Shown: positions 17,380 to 26,278 of the stretch, piece by piece | How positions within the stretch are numbered: the stretch's first letter is position 1 | How the letters are laid out: each line of letters begins with the position of its first letter | Sequence record: PQ898399.1 | Strand: one strand, 5' to 3' | DNA: 64,000 nt | The notes under the pieces: model-generated | What the model saw: only the letters and a program-made list of their open reading frames with translations | The model's database searches: none | What the model was told of the DNA's origin: nothing | Program-made: the position numbers and the translations under genes

Positions 17380-18711
17380 TTGAATATTACATTTGATATG
17401 CTCAACGAAGGCCAGAAGGCTACGTTCAATCGTGTAGTTGAACGTATTAAAGCTGGTCGTGGTGGTCACATCACTATTAATGGTCCTGCCGGCACAGGTA
17501 AGACCACGATGACAAAGTTCATCATCAATTATTTGATTTCAACCGGAGTATCGGGTGTAATGCTGGCTGCTCCTACTCACGGAGCTAAACGAGTACTTAG
17601 TAAGCTTGCGGGTATGGCTGCTAACACTATTCATAGCATTCTTAAGATTAACCCGACCACTTATGAAGAGAACATGCTCTTCGAGCAAAGTGAAGTTCCG
17701 GACATGGCTAAATGCCGAGTTCTAATTTGTGACGAAGCTTCAATGTATGACCGTAAGCTTTTCCAAATTATCATGGCAACAATTCCAAGCTGGTGTCTGA
17801 TTATTGCCATTGGTGACAAGTCTCAGATTCGTCCAGTAGAACCTGGAAGCACTGTTCCGGCTCTATCTCCGTTCTTTACTCATAAAGATTTTGAGCAACT
17901 CTATCTCACTGAGGTAATGCGAAGTAATGCTCCAATCATAAAAGTAGCGACAGACATTCGTAACGGTGAGTGGATTTATGAGCATCTCGTAGATGGCGAA
18001 GGTGTCCATGGTTTCACTTCTCAAACTGCTTTACGCGATTTCATGATGACATACTTTGAAAATGTCAAAACCATGGAAGACATGTTTGAGAACCGAATGT
18101 TAGCATTCACCAACAAATCCGTTGATAAATTGAACTCTATTATTCGTCGACGAATTTTTCAGACGGAAGAGCCATTTATCGTTGGTGAAGTTGTAGTGAT
18201 GCAGGAACCACTCATCAAAGAGTTGGAATATGACGGTAAGAAGTTCTCTGAGGTCATCTTCAACAATGGTCAATATGTTCGTATTCTTTCATGTAAAGAG
18301 TCCTCAGATTTCATTGGGGCGAAAGGAGTTCCAGGCGAATACATGGTTCGCCATTGGGATTTAGAACTTGAAACTTACGGCGAAGAAGACGATTACTACA
18401 GAGAAACTATCCGAGTAATTGCCGATGAACAGGAACAAAACAAGTTTCAGTTCTTCTTGGCTAAAGCAGCTGATACTTACAAAAATTGGAACAAAGGTGG
18501 TAAAGCACCTTGGAAAGATTTCTGGGCTGCTAAGCGCCGTTATCATAAGGTGAAAGCACTTCCATGCTCAACCTTCCACAAAGCACAGGGCGTTTCAGTT
18601 GATAACTGCTATGTTTACACTCCATGTATTCATATGGCTGATGCTGAATTAGCTCAACAGTTGCTTTATGTCGGCACAACTCGTGCTCGTAAAAATGTTT
18701 ATTATGTGTGA
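17380..18711 (+). CDS. dda: SF1B DNA helicase Dda
   Basis: GPAGTGKTT, AAPTH, CDEASM, GDKSQI, TFHKAQG, YVGTTRAR; TTG start. Confidence 0.96.
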   Translation: MNITFDMLNEGQKATFNRVVERIKAGRGGHITINGPAGTGKTTMTKFIINYLISTGVSGVMLAAPTHGAKRVLSKLAGMAANTIHSILKINPTTYEENMLFEQSEVPDMAKCRVLICDEASMYDRKLFQIIMATIPSWCLIIAIGDKSQIRPVEPGSTVPALSPFFTHKDFEQLYLTEVMRSNAPIIKVATDIRNGEWIYEHLVDGEGVHGFTSQTALRDFMMTYFENVKTMEDMFENRMLAFTNKSVDKLNSIIRRRIFQTEEPFIVGEVVVMQEPLIKELEYDGKKFSEVIFNNGQYVRILSCKESSDFIGAKGVPGEYMVRHWDLELETYGEEDDYYRETIRVIADEQEQNKFQFFLAKAADTYKNWNKGGKAPWKDFWAAKRRYHKVKALPCSTFHKAQGVSVDNCYVYTPCIHMADAELAQQLLYVGTTRARKNVYYV

Positions 18712-18959
18712 GAGATATGTACACAATTACTGTTGAAGACGCAGAGGCTATTGTAGCCGGTGTCAAAGATAACATGGTGTCAAATCCATCTACTACAACT
18801 GAGCGCGGAATCAATATGAAAGGTAGCCAGATTGTGTTGGAATTAAACGATATTATCCGAGATGCTAAAGCTATTTCGTGGTATACTGGATATTATCCAA
18901 AAATTACTCTGTCTGAATTTGTAGCAGGTAATCTCCGCGAATTTAAGGAAATGACATGA
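18708..18959 (+). CDS. dexA.1-like hypothetical protein
   Basis: Overlaps the dda stop and the dexA start. Confidence 0.65.
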   Translation: MRDMYTITVEDAEAIVAGVKDNMVSNPSTTTERGINMKGSQIVLELNDIIRDAKAISWYTGYYPKITLSEFVAGNLREFKEMT

Positions 18960-19645
18960 TTAAAGATTTTATTATTGACTGGGAGACGTTTGGTAACGTC
19001 TCTCGTTCTGCTGTTATTGATGTGGCCGCGGTTGTATTTGACCCGAACCCAGAAGTAGTTGAAACATTTGACGAACTTGTTCAGCGAGGTATGAAACTGA
19101 AGTTCAACCTTAAAGCACAACAAGGTGTTCGTCTGTTCGGTGCTTCTACTATGAAGTGGTGGAAATCTCAATCTGAAGAAGCTCGTAAAAACCTGCTTCC
19201 ATCTGATGAAGATATTGACCATGTTGAAGGTCTGTACAAGCTGCTTCAATTCCTGAAAGACAATGGTGTTGACCCATGGAAATCTTTCGGTTGGTGTCGT
19301 GGTCAATCTTTCGACTTCCCAATTCTTGTGGATATTCTCCGTGAAGGCGAAGCTCGTAAAGGTATTGTTGAAAAAGATATCGATACTTTCGGCTTAGAAC
19401 CTTGCAAGTTCTGGAATCAGCGAGATATTCGTACAGCTATTGAATCTCTGCTTTTAACCCGTGACTTGACGACAACTCCTCTTCGTAAGGGTGTCCTGGA
19501 CGGTTTCATTGCGCATGACTCTATTCACGATTGTGCTAAAGATATTTTGATGTTAAAATACGCTCAACGCTATGCTCTTGGTTTAGAAGATGCTCCAGAA
19601 GGTGATGAAATTGACCCTCTGTCTTTACCAAAAGGTCGCGGTTAA
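18956..19645 (+). CDS. dexA: 3'-5' exonuclease DexA
   Basis: DFIIDWET DEDDh motif; RGQSFDFPIL; AHDSIHDCAKD. Confidence 0.94.
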   Translation: MIKDFIIDWETFGNVSRSAVIDVAAVVFDPNPEVVETFDELVQRGMKLKFNLKAQQGVRLFGASTMKWWKSQSEEARKNLLPSDEDIDHVEGLYKLLQFLKDNGVDPWKSFGWCRGQSFDFPILVDILREGEARKGIVEKDIDTFGLEPCKFWNQRDIRTAIESLLLTRDLTTTPLRKGVLDGFIAHDSIHDCAKDILMLKYAQRYALGLEDAPEGDEIDPLSLPKGRG

Positions 19646-19699
19646 TCTGCTTTAACTTAATGTGTTAGAATTGAATTCTCTTAAATGAAAGGTGATAAG

Positions 19700-20137
19700 A
19701 TGGCTAGTAAAATGATTGGTAAAAGTGTTAAAGTTATTGGTGGTCAGAACAAAGGTCTGGTCGGTTGGATTGTCTCTGACAACGTAGCCCGCGGTCAGTA
19801 CATCATTAATGTTGCAGGTCCTACTCTCGGTTCAAGCGGTTTTAAGATTTCTGCTAAGTATCGCTTCGTTGAAGTCAATGAGCCAATTGATACTGCGCTT
19901 GTTAAAGCAAAGTCTAAGTTCGAAGGCAAACCAGTTTCTGTAGATTTGCATGGTGCATTGGAAAACACAAGCGGAAAGACTATCAACGGCATGGGTGCTT
20001 GGGTATCTCTGGTTTATCGTGATGAAGATACTGATCAAATCGTAGCCAACGTTGTGTTCATGGGTGAGTATGCTGTAGTTCCTACCGATAACATCAGATA
20101 TGTAATGTTCGGCACCGCCCGTCCGGGACGTGCATAA
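19700..20137 (+). CDS. motB: MotB-like nucleoid-binding protein
   Basis: C-terminal ANVVFMGEYAVVP resembles T4 MotB YNVVFLGTYKVIP; between dexA and cef; TCTGCTTTA..TAGAAT middle promoter upstream. Confidence 0.7.
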   Translation: MASKMIGKSVKVIGGQNKGLVGWIVSDNVARGQYIINVAGPTLGSSGFKISAKYRFVEVNEPIDTALVKAKSKFEGKPVSVDLHGALENTSGKTINGMGAWVSLVYRDEDTDQIVANVVFMGEYAVVPTDNIRYVMFGTARPGRA

Positions 20138-20140
20138 ACC

Positions 20141-20170
20141 GTTTACTTTCCTTGAGGGCTATGATACTAT
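20141..20170 (+). promoter_or_regulatory. T4-type early promoter
   Basis: GTTTACT-17 bp-TACTAT. Confidence 0.85.
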
Positions 20171-20200
20171 AGCCCTATCAAAACCAATGAGGAAAAAATT

Positions 20201-20419
20201 ATGAAAAACGAACCTATCATTACCGGCATCACTCGTGACGAATTTGAAGATACTCTGTACAACCCAGACTTAGTGGTAGTTCAGAAAGATGTTACGGGTC
20301 ACCTTGAGCACACCCAAATTGCTTATGTTTATGAAAACGCTGGTGACGCTCTACCAATCTATGGTATGTTCCGTCAAATCTCTAATGATGGCACAGAATA
20401 CTGGAAGGAAACTTACTAA
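20201..20419 (+). CDS. cef: Cef, modifier of suppressor tRNAs
   Basis: DEFEDTLYNPDLVVVQK..YVYE..PIYGMFRQISNDGTEYWKETY matches T4 Cef. Confidence 0.9.
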   Translation: MKNEPIITGITRDEFEDTLYNPDLVVVQKDVTGHLEHTQIAYVYENAGDALPIYGMFRQISNDGTEYWKETY

Positions 20420-21096
20420 TGGCCACAGAATATAAGCTTGGATTAACTTACCGTCTTGACCCAGAATTAGAAGATTCATTTGTTAAATTAGAGCCGTATA
20501 ACGAAGATATTAGCCGCTTTATTGAAATTCATGGAGGTTCATTTACTGTTGCGGCCATGGATGGAAAGGACGTTTCTGAGGCTGTAATGGCAGATGGAAC
20601 TCGTTCGCCAGAGTTCTTTTATCTTTATGATAAAGAATCTAATTATTTTGATGTTGTCGAAAAATCATCAGAATGGGTTCCAGGAACAGTATATCGTTGC
20701 AAAGATTTGCATTCTTTTGTTGCTCTTAGTCCAATCAATAAGCGCTGGGCTTTAAGTGTAGGAACAAAGCCATTTACTGTAGAAGTTGTTGACTATACTT
20801 GTGGTTATTCTCGCACTAAAAGAATTTCGTTCCGTGACGTAACCGGAACTCTTCAAGTGCTTAATTTCGCTTTAGTTAAATCTGAACTTAAATATTTTGA
20901 CGTGGTTCATCCAGGGTTTATTAACGAACACTTTTTCGAAGATGAAGAAATGACTCTTGAAGATGAGATTGAAAATATTTCTGAAGCTGAAGAGTGGAAC
21001 GCAGAAGTTGAAGGCGTGATGGTGTTCAGAATTGAAAGCGAATCTGAACGCAAGAAAGCTATTGAAATTCTCAAAACTATGAAATGGAAGAAATAA
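20419..21096 (+). CDS. GoF/frd.2-family protein with duplicated domain
   Basis: Position after cef; Y.L.P..FV..GGSFTV motif present twice; acidic tract then short C-terminal domain. Confidence 0.6.
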   Translation: MATEYKLGLTYRLDPELEDSFVKLEPYNEDISRFIEIHGGSFTVAAMDGKDVSEAVMADGTRSPEFFYLYDKESNYFDVVEKSSEWVPGTVYRCKDLHSFVALSPINKRWALSVGTKPFTVEVVDYTCGYSRTKRISFRDVTGTLQVLNFALVKSELKYFDVVHPGFINEHFFEDEEMTLEDEIENISEAEEWNAEVEGVMVFRIESESERKKAIEILKTMKWKK

Positions 21097-21431
21097 TGCA
21101 AGTATTAGATATCACTCCAGTACTTCGTGTTTCGGCTAATTATACCGAACGTAAACCATGGCGCAACATCACATCCGTAATGTTACAGCTTTCTTCTGAA
21201 ACTGGTGAAATGTGCGATTGGATTAATCGTCCTCATCGCCAGAAGGAAATCTTTGCTGGCGAATGTGCAGATGTAATTAATTGTGTAATTGATGCTCTTT
21301 GGTTGCATATGCGTGATAAAATGGACGGAGCTTCTCATGAAGAAGTTGCTCTTGCAGTTACCGAAGAGTTGAATCGTCAACTTCATCTTAAAACTAAAAA
21401 GTGGTCGGAGGCTGTCAATGCCATTGTATGA
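21096..21431 (+). CDS. MazG-like nucleotide pyrophosphohydrolase
   Basis: QLSSETGEMCDWI...AGECADVINCVID: ExGE...ExAD pattern. Confidence 0.75.
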   Translation: MQVLDITPVLRVSANYTERKPWRNITSVMLQLSSETGEMCDWINRPHRQKEIFAGECADVINCVIDALWLHMRDKMDGASHEEVALAVTEELNRQLHLKTKKWSEAVNAIV

Positions 21432-21594
21432 TTATCAATGCGAAGCTTGTGGTGAAAAATCAGAAAAGAATGTTAAAATTTCTGAGCGCGATAATCCGCA
21501 GCCATGCAAATTCTTGAATTGTGAAGGCGAAATGAAACGAGTAGTTTCTGCTCCGGCAGTTCATTATGACGGACTTAAAAGTGGTGACTATTAA
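21418..21594 (+). CDS. 39.2: gp39.2 / FmdB-type zinc-ribbon protein (58 aa; not in ORF track)
   Basis: MPLYDYQCEACG...SERD...C...C..RVVSAP, my translation. Confidence 0.85.
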   Translation: MPLYDYQCEACGEKSEKNVKISERDNPQPCKFLNCEGEMKRVVSAPAVHYDGLKSGDY

Positions 21595-21689
21595 TGGGTA
21601 CGCGTCCACGTATTAAATTCATGAAATCCGGCGAAAGCCGGGTTATTAAACTTCATAGCGGCAAAATTATTAAGGTAACCAAGAAATGA
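21594..21689 (+). CDS. 31-aa basic peptide (not in ORF track)
   Basis: MGTRPRIKFMKSGESRVIKLHSGKIIKVTKK; overlapping start/stop on both sides. Confidence 0.55.
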   Translation: MGTRPRIKFMKSGESRVIKLHSGKIIKVTKK

Positions 21690-21946
21690 AAGTGTTTGTA
21701 ATGGGTTTGATTGCAGCTATTCTATCTATTGGTATTCTGTCTAGTTGCACAGATGAAACAGGCGCAGAGCGTATTCTTAAAGCTAATGGATTTAGCGAAA
21801 TTGAATTCACAGGTTACGCATGGTTGAGTTGTGATAAAGATGCTTTCTCTACAGGTTTCACTGCTAAAGGTCCTACGGGTATTCCTGTCAAGGGTGCTGT
21901 TTGCTCTGGTATGTTCTTTAAGAACTCTACAATTAGGTTTGAATGA
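21686..21946 (+). CDS. 39.1: gp39.1-like lipoprotein
   Basis: Signal plus LSSC lipobox; CTDETGAERIL..GF..TGY..C...TGF.A.GPTG..V.G.VCSG.FFK.STIRF. Confidence 0.8.
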   Translation: MKVFVMGLIAAILSIGILSSCTDETGAERILKANGFSEIEFTGYAWLSCDKDAFSTGFTAKGPTGIPVKGAVCSGMFFKNSTIRFE

Positions 21947-22155
21947 TGGAAATTAAAAAGAGTTTTGGCAAACATCCGTACCGCAAAGATTTGACTTTTA
22001 TGACTTCAGTCAAAATTAATAAGCGTACAATTTCAAGCTATACTTCAACTCCATTAACTCGCCGACAATTACGTCAATTAAAGCGCAATGCTCGTTCTTT
22101 GGCCGCTTGGCCTCATAATTTTATCCATGAGCATCCTTTCTTTAGTAAAGCTTAA
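21943..22155 (+). CDS. Hypothetical basic protein, 70 aa
   Basis: Overlaps the previous stop. Confidence 0.55.
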   Translation: MMEIKKSFGKHPYRKDLTFMTSVKINKRTISSYTSTPLTRRQLRQLKRNARSLAAWPHNFIHEHPFFSKA

Positions 22156-22162
22156 ATAAATA
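22155..22162 (+). promoter_or_regulatory. Late promoter of the Hoc-SGNH gene
   Basis: AATAAATA, the same variant seen before soc and gene 36. Confidence 0.7.
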
Positions 22163-22186
22163 TCTATAGACTATAAGGAGAACATT

Positions 22187-23722
22187 ATGGCTATAGATAT
22201 TTGGACCACGGTACATCCTATTCCGTGGCGTAATACAAGTTTTCTTTACCTTCCTTGGTGGATTCATAACATCCTTATTAAAGCCAAGGAAGAAGGTAAA
22301 GATTGGCGTGAATACGCTGACCCTCAATATGCCCCTCAAATTGATACTCTCAAACAAGCTTATGTAGATTATGGTGAAGTTAATTTCATTGAATCTAAAA
22401 ATGGTTATCAATACACATTAAGCGAATATACTGTAGATGTTCCAGACCCTCAACCGCCGTTAGGACCAATGCTTCAACCGGTTGCGGTAATGTCAAATCC
22501 GCCTACTCAAAAATTGATTAAAGGCGTTGGATTATCTGGAACTGCTACTATAATTTCTGGTGGTACTGGATATGTGTTCGGAGATATTGTTGATATCCCC
22601 GGAGCAGAAGGAGATGTTCCTGGACAGATTCGAGTAACTGCTGTAGGTGCTGATGGCGCAATTACAACAGCTCAAATTCGCAAACCTGGTGTGTACGCAA
22701 CTGCTCCTACCGGTGAAATTTCAGCGACAGGCGGAACTGGCACAGGTGCTAAATTCACTGTAACAACTAATGCTGGTGTAGCTTCAACGATTTATGCTGG
22801 TGTAACGATTGCTCGTACTGATGCTAAAATCACTTATTGGGGTTCTGATATCAAAGACGCAGTTTCTGGGTTCAGAGGAAATGGTACCGGCAACGGAACT
22901 CAATGCCGAGTTAATTTCAAAACCGATTCAAGCAAAATTGATTTCAAACTCGCTGGCAATAACTCCAAGTATGATCTTTATGTAGATGGACAGCGTATTT
23001 CTGCAACTTCAGTCACTACTGATTCTTCTGGTGCAGTTTACATCTATAGCATCGATTGGAACGGTGTTGAGCAAATGCGTGAATATTCTCTGGTTGGCGT
23101 GAATACTGCCTTTGGTGGAATTTATGTTGATACTGGAAAAACTATCACTGCGATTACTCGTCCGGCTAAGATGATTTGGCAGCTTGGTGACTCTTACACC
23201 TTCGGTACAATGGCAACTCAGGCGTCGTTTAACGACTTCCGTTTCTATTGTGATAAGCTTGGTTTAGTTGGATTAGCTGATGGCATCGGTGGTTCTGGTT
23301 GGACTTCAACAAACTCAACTCAGCCTCAAGCTCGTATCACAGCTAAGCTTGCAACTCTGAGTTTCACTCCAGATATCATTACTTTAGCTTTAGGCTATAA
23401 TGATGCTCCAGCCGGTAGAATTGATTTGCTCAAAACCAACTTCAGAGAGTCAATTGCTCTGATTAAGCAATATCAGCCACAAGCTAAAATTATCGTCTTT
23501 GGACCGGCAACTCCTCTTGGAATGACTGACCAAATCGCAGCGGTTCGTGACGCACTGATTGAACTTACTACTGAGTTAGACTTAGAGTTCGTAGATGTTA
23601 AAGGTTGGGTTACTGCAGAGAACGCAAATCTGTATACCTCAAGCGATAACGTTCATCCGAATGACCAAGGATACTTCTGGCGTGGTTCGCAGTTCACTAA
23701 CGTTCTGCAAGGTAAAGTATAA
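22187..23722 (+). CDS. Hoc capsid-binding-domain-like / SGNH hydrolase fusion protein
   Basis: N-terminus VHPIPWR..WW..EEGKDW..TL..Y.EV..ESKNGY resembles the Hoc C-terminal domain; C-terminal GDS(334-336), GYND(403-406), DNVH(487-490). Confidence 0.8.
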   Translation: MAIDIWTTVHPIPWRNTSFLYLPWWIHNILIKAKEEGKDWREYADPQYAPQIDTLKQAYVDYGEVNFIESKNGYQYTLSEYTVDVPDPQPPLGPMLQPVAVMSNPPTQKLIKGVGLSGTATIISGGTGYVFGDIVDIPGAEGDVPGQIRVTAVGADGAITTAQIRKPGVYATAPTGEISATGGTGTGAKFTVTTNAGVASTIYAGVTIARTDAKITYWGSDIKDAVSGFRGNGTGNGTQCRVNFKTDSSKIDFKLAGNNSKYDLYVDGQRISATSVTTDSSGAVYIYSIDWNGVEQMREYSLVGVNTAFGGIYVDTGKTITAITRPAKMIWQLGDSYTFGTMATQASFNDFRFYCDKLGLVGLADGIGGSGWTSTNSTQPQARITAKLATLSFTPDIITLALGYNDAPAGRIDLLKTNFRESIALIKQYQPQAKIIVFGPATPLGMTDQIAAVRDALIELTTELDLEFVDVKGWVTAENANLYTSSDNVHPNDQGYFWRGSQFTNVLQGKV

Positions 23723-23724
23723 TG

Positions 23725-23744
23725 AAAGGGCCTTCGGGCCCTTT
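23725..23744 (+). terminator. UUCG hairpin terminator
   Basis: AAAGGGCC-TTCG-GGCCCTTT. Confidence 0.88.
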
Positions 23745-23747
23745 GTT

Positions 23748-23777
23748 GTTTACTTTCTCTACAAAGTATAATAAAAT
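23748..23777 (+). promoter_or_regulatory. T4-type early promoter
   Basis: GTTTACT-17 bp-TAAAAT; CTCTACAAAG repeated at 23757 and 23780. Confidence 0.7.
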
Positions 23778-23800
23778 AGCTCTACAAAGAGGAGAACAGT

Positions 23801-24187
23801 ATGAGATTCGGTTTAACTGTAGAGCATAAAAATTTGCTCAAGCAACTCAAAATTGTGAACAATGCGCTTGGGCGCAGGAAGTTTGCTTTATGGCCTACCC
23901 GTATAGTCGATGGAAGCTATATTTGGCTTGAAAAGTATTATGAGATTCGTCATGAGCATGTTCATCAAAACGAAGACGGAAGCTATGAGTGCGAAGCGTA
24001 TTATGGTGTTGATATATACGCATATACGAATTTTCGTGAAGTGCGCCATAAGTTCTATAAAAAGCGTCGTGAAAAGGGACTGTATAGCATGTATAACCCA
24101 ACCTATGATGCAATTTATGGTGAAGAAGCTAAAACTCATTTGTTACAATACAAAGCAGAACTTGAAGAAAAAATCTCTCGGATGTAA
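23801..24187 (+). CDS. Hypothetical protein, 128 aa
   Basis: SD GAGGAG behind an early promoter. Confidence 0.75.
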   Translation: MRFGLTVEHKNLLKQLKIVNNALGRRKFALWPTRIVDGSYIWLEKYYEIRHEHVHQNEDGSYECEAYYGVDIYAYTNFREVRHKFYKKRREKGLYSMYNPTYDAIYGEEAKTHLLQYKAELEEKISRM

Positions 24188-24232
24188 CGCTTTAAGATTT
24201 GAATGTTAGAATGTTCACCTAAACGAGGACAA

Positions 24233-26077
24233 ATGATGATTAAGAACGAAATTAAAATTCTGTCAGACCGAGAGCATATCATTAAGCGCTCTGGTATGTA
24301 CATCGGCTCTTCAGCTATGGAAGCTCATGAACGTTTTCTGTTTGGTAAATTCCAAAGTGTAACTTACGTTCCGGGTGTTATCAAGCTGATTGACGAAATC
24401 ATTGATAACTCAGTCGATGAAGCAATTCGTACCAACTTCAAGTTTGCAAATAAAATTTCAGTTGAGCTCAAAGGCAATAAAGTTATCGTAACAGATAATG
24501 GTCGTGGTCTTCCACAAGCTCCAGTAGTTACTCCAGAAGGTGATGAAATTCCTGGACCAGTAGCTGCTTGGACTCGTCCACGTGCCGGTGGTAACTTTGG
24601 CGATGATGCTGAACGCAAAACTGGTGGTATGAATGGTGTCGGTTCTGCACTGACTAATATTTTCTCTGTAACTTTTGCAGGAGCTACTTGTGACGGACAA
24701 AACGAAATCATCGTTCGATGCTCTAATGGGGCTGAGAATATCTCTTGGGATAGTAAGCCAGCAAAGGAAAAAGAGTTCATTCAAACTAAGACCGGAACTC
24801 GAGTATCGTTCATTCCTGACTTCAGCCACTTCGAAAGTTCAGGACTTACAGAAGTAGATGAATCTATTGTTCTGGACCGTCTTCAAACTCTGGCAGTAGT
24901 ATTCCCGGATATTGAATTCAAATTCCAAGGCAAAAAAGTCAATGGCGGATTTAAGAAATTCGCTAAGCAATTCGACGAAGAAGCTATTGTAGCCGATGAA
25001 GATAATTGTTCAATTGCAATTGGTCGTTCTGATGATGGTTTCCGCCAACTGACTTACGTGAATAACATCCATACTTCTAAGGGTGGTTCTCACGTTGATT
25101 TGGTTGTTGACGAATTGTCAAATGAACTAATCCCAATGCTCAAACGCAAGTACAAATTGGAAGTAAACAAAGCTCGTATCAAAGAGTGTTTTACTTTTGT
25201 GATGTTCGTTCGTGATATGAGCAACATGCGATTTGATTCTCAGACTAAAGAACGTCTGACATCTCCGTGGGGTGAAGTTAAAGCTCATTTGAATTTGGAC
25301 TACAAAAAACTTGCTCAACAAGTTATGAAGTCCGAAGCAATTCATATGCCAATTATTGAAGCTATGTTGGCTCGTAAATTGGCGGCAGAAAAAGCTGCTG
25401 AAACTAAAGCTGCAAAAGCTGCTTCAAAAGCTAAGGTTGCTAAACACATTAAGCCAGAACTTTATGGTAATGATAAAGAAGAAACCACTCTGTTCTTAAC
25501 AGAAGGTGATTCTGCGATTGGTTATCTTCTGACTACTCGTGACCGTAAACTTCATGGTGGTTATCCACTTCGTGGTAAGTTCCTGAATACTTGGGGAATG
25601 ACTGCAGCAGAAGCAATGAAGAACAAAGAAGTCTTCGATATCTGTGCAATCACTGGACTGACTATTGGTGAAGATTATGAAAATCTGAACTACAAAAACA
25701 TCGCTATCATGACTGACGCGGATGTTGACGGAACAGGTTCAATCTATCCAAGTCTTTTGGCATTCTTTAGTAATTGGCCTCGTCTGTTTGAAGAAGGTCG
25801 AATTCGCTTCGTCAAAACTCCTGTTATCATTATGAGTAAAGGAGACAAACAGAAGTGGTATTACACTGCCGCTGAATATGAAGCTGAAAAAGATGAACTT
25901 GCTGGTTGGAAACTTCGTTACATCAAAGGGCTCGGTTCTTTGGAAGAAGACGAATATGAACGAGTAATCCAAGAACCTCATTATGATGTAGTTTCTCTTC
26001 CGGAAAACTGGAAAGAACTCTTCGAGATGGTTATGGGTTCTGATGCTGCTCCACGCAAGGTCTGGATGAGCGAATAA
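24233..26077 (+). CDS. 39: Type II topoisomerase large subunit, gp39 and gp60 in one ORF
   Basis: LSDREHIIKRSGMYIGS, EIIDNSVDE, GGMNGVG GHKL motifs, TEGDSA TOPRIM, DADVDG, YIKGLGSL. Confidence 0.97.
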   Translation: MMIKNEIKILSDREHIIKRSGMYIGSSAMEAHERFLFGKFQSVTYVPGVIKLIDEIIDNSVDEAIRTNFKFANKISVELKGNKVIVTDNGRGLPQAPVVTPEGDEIPGPVAAWTRPRAGGNFGDDAERKTGGMNGVGSALTNIFSVTFAGATCDGQNEIIVRCSNGAENISWDSKPAKEKEFIQTKTGTRVSFIPDFSHFESSGLTEVDESIVLDRLQTLAVVFPDIEFKFQGKKVNGGFKKFAKQFDEEAIVADEDNCSIAIGRSDDGFRQLTYVNNIHTSKGGSHVDLVVDELSNELIPMLKRKYKLEVNKARIKECFTFVMFVRDMSNMRFDSQTKERLTSPWGEVKAHLNLDYKKLAQQVMKSEAIHMPIIEAMLARKLAAEKAAETKAAKAASKAKVAKHIKPELYGNDKEETTLFLTEGDSAIGYLLTTRDRKLHGGYPLRGKFLNTWGMTAAEAMKNKEVFDICAITGLTIGEDYENLNYKNIAIMTDADVDGTGSIYPSLLAFFSNWPRLFEEGRIRFVKTPVIIMSKGDKQKWYYTAAEYEAEKDELAGWKLRYIKGLGSLEEDEYERVIQEPHYDVVSLPENWKELFEMVMGSDAAPRKVWMSE

Positions 26078-26080
26078 ATA
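26073..26080 (+). promoter_or_regulatory. Late promoter overlapping the gene 39 stop
   Basis: AATAAATA followed by hairpin TATCGGGC-GTCTT-GCCCGATA and SD AAGGAG. Confidence 0.65.
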
Positions 26081-26116
26081 TATCGGGCGTCTTGCCCGAT
26101 ACAATAAGGAGCTATT

Positions 26117-26272
26117 ATGTCACAGATTTGGGTAACATTAGTAGATGGAAGTTACGGCTACATGTGGGGAGATGCTCTGCCGCTCCCAGGTGATACTGTC
26201 ACTATCCGTGTAAGACATACCAACGGCTCTTATACTAAAGTCACAGGCATTGTTTCTCGTGCTTCGTGGTAA
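26117..26272 (+). CDS. 51-aa late protein (not in ORF track)
   Basis: MSQIWVTLVDGSYGYMWGDALPLPGDTVTIRVRHTNGSYTKVTGIVSRASW; SD AAGGAG, late promoter and terminator. Confidence 0.75.
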   Translation: MSQIWVTLVDGSYGYMWGDALPLPGDTVTIRVRHTNGSYTKVTGIVSRASW

Positions 26273-26278
26273 TGATTA

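Noticed and set aside
23757-23789. CTCTACAAAG direct repeat around a -10 box
   Set aside because: Only 10 bp in AT-rich DNA and a single occurrence; noted in the promoter feature but not strong enough for a finding
25690-25760. Possible gene 60-type ribosomal bypass
   Set aside because: The reading frame is continuous through DADVDGTGSIYPSLL with no 50-nt gap
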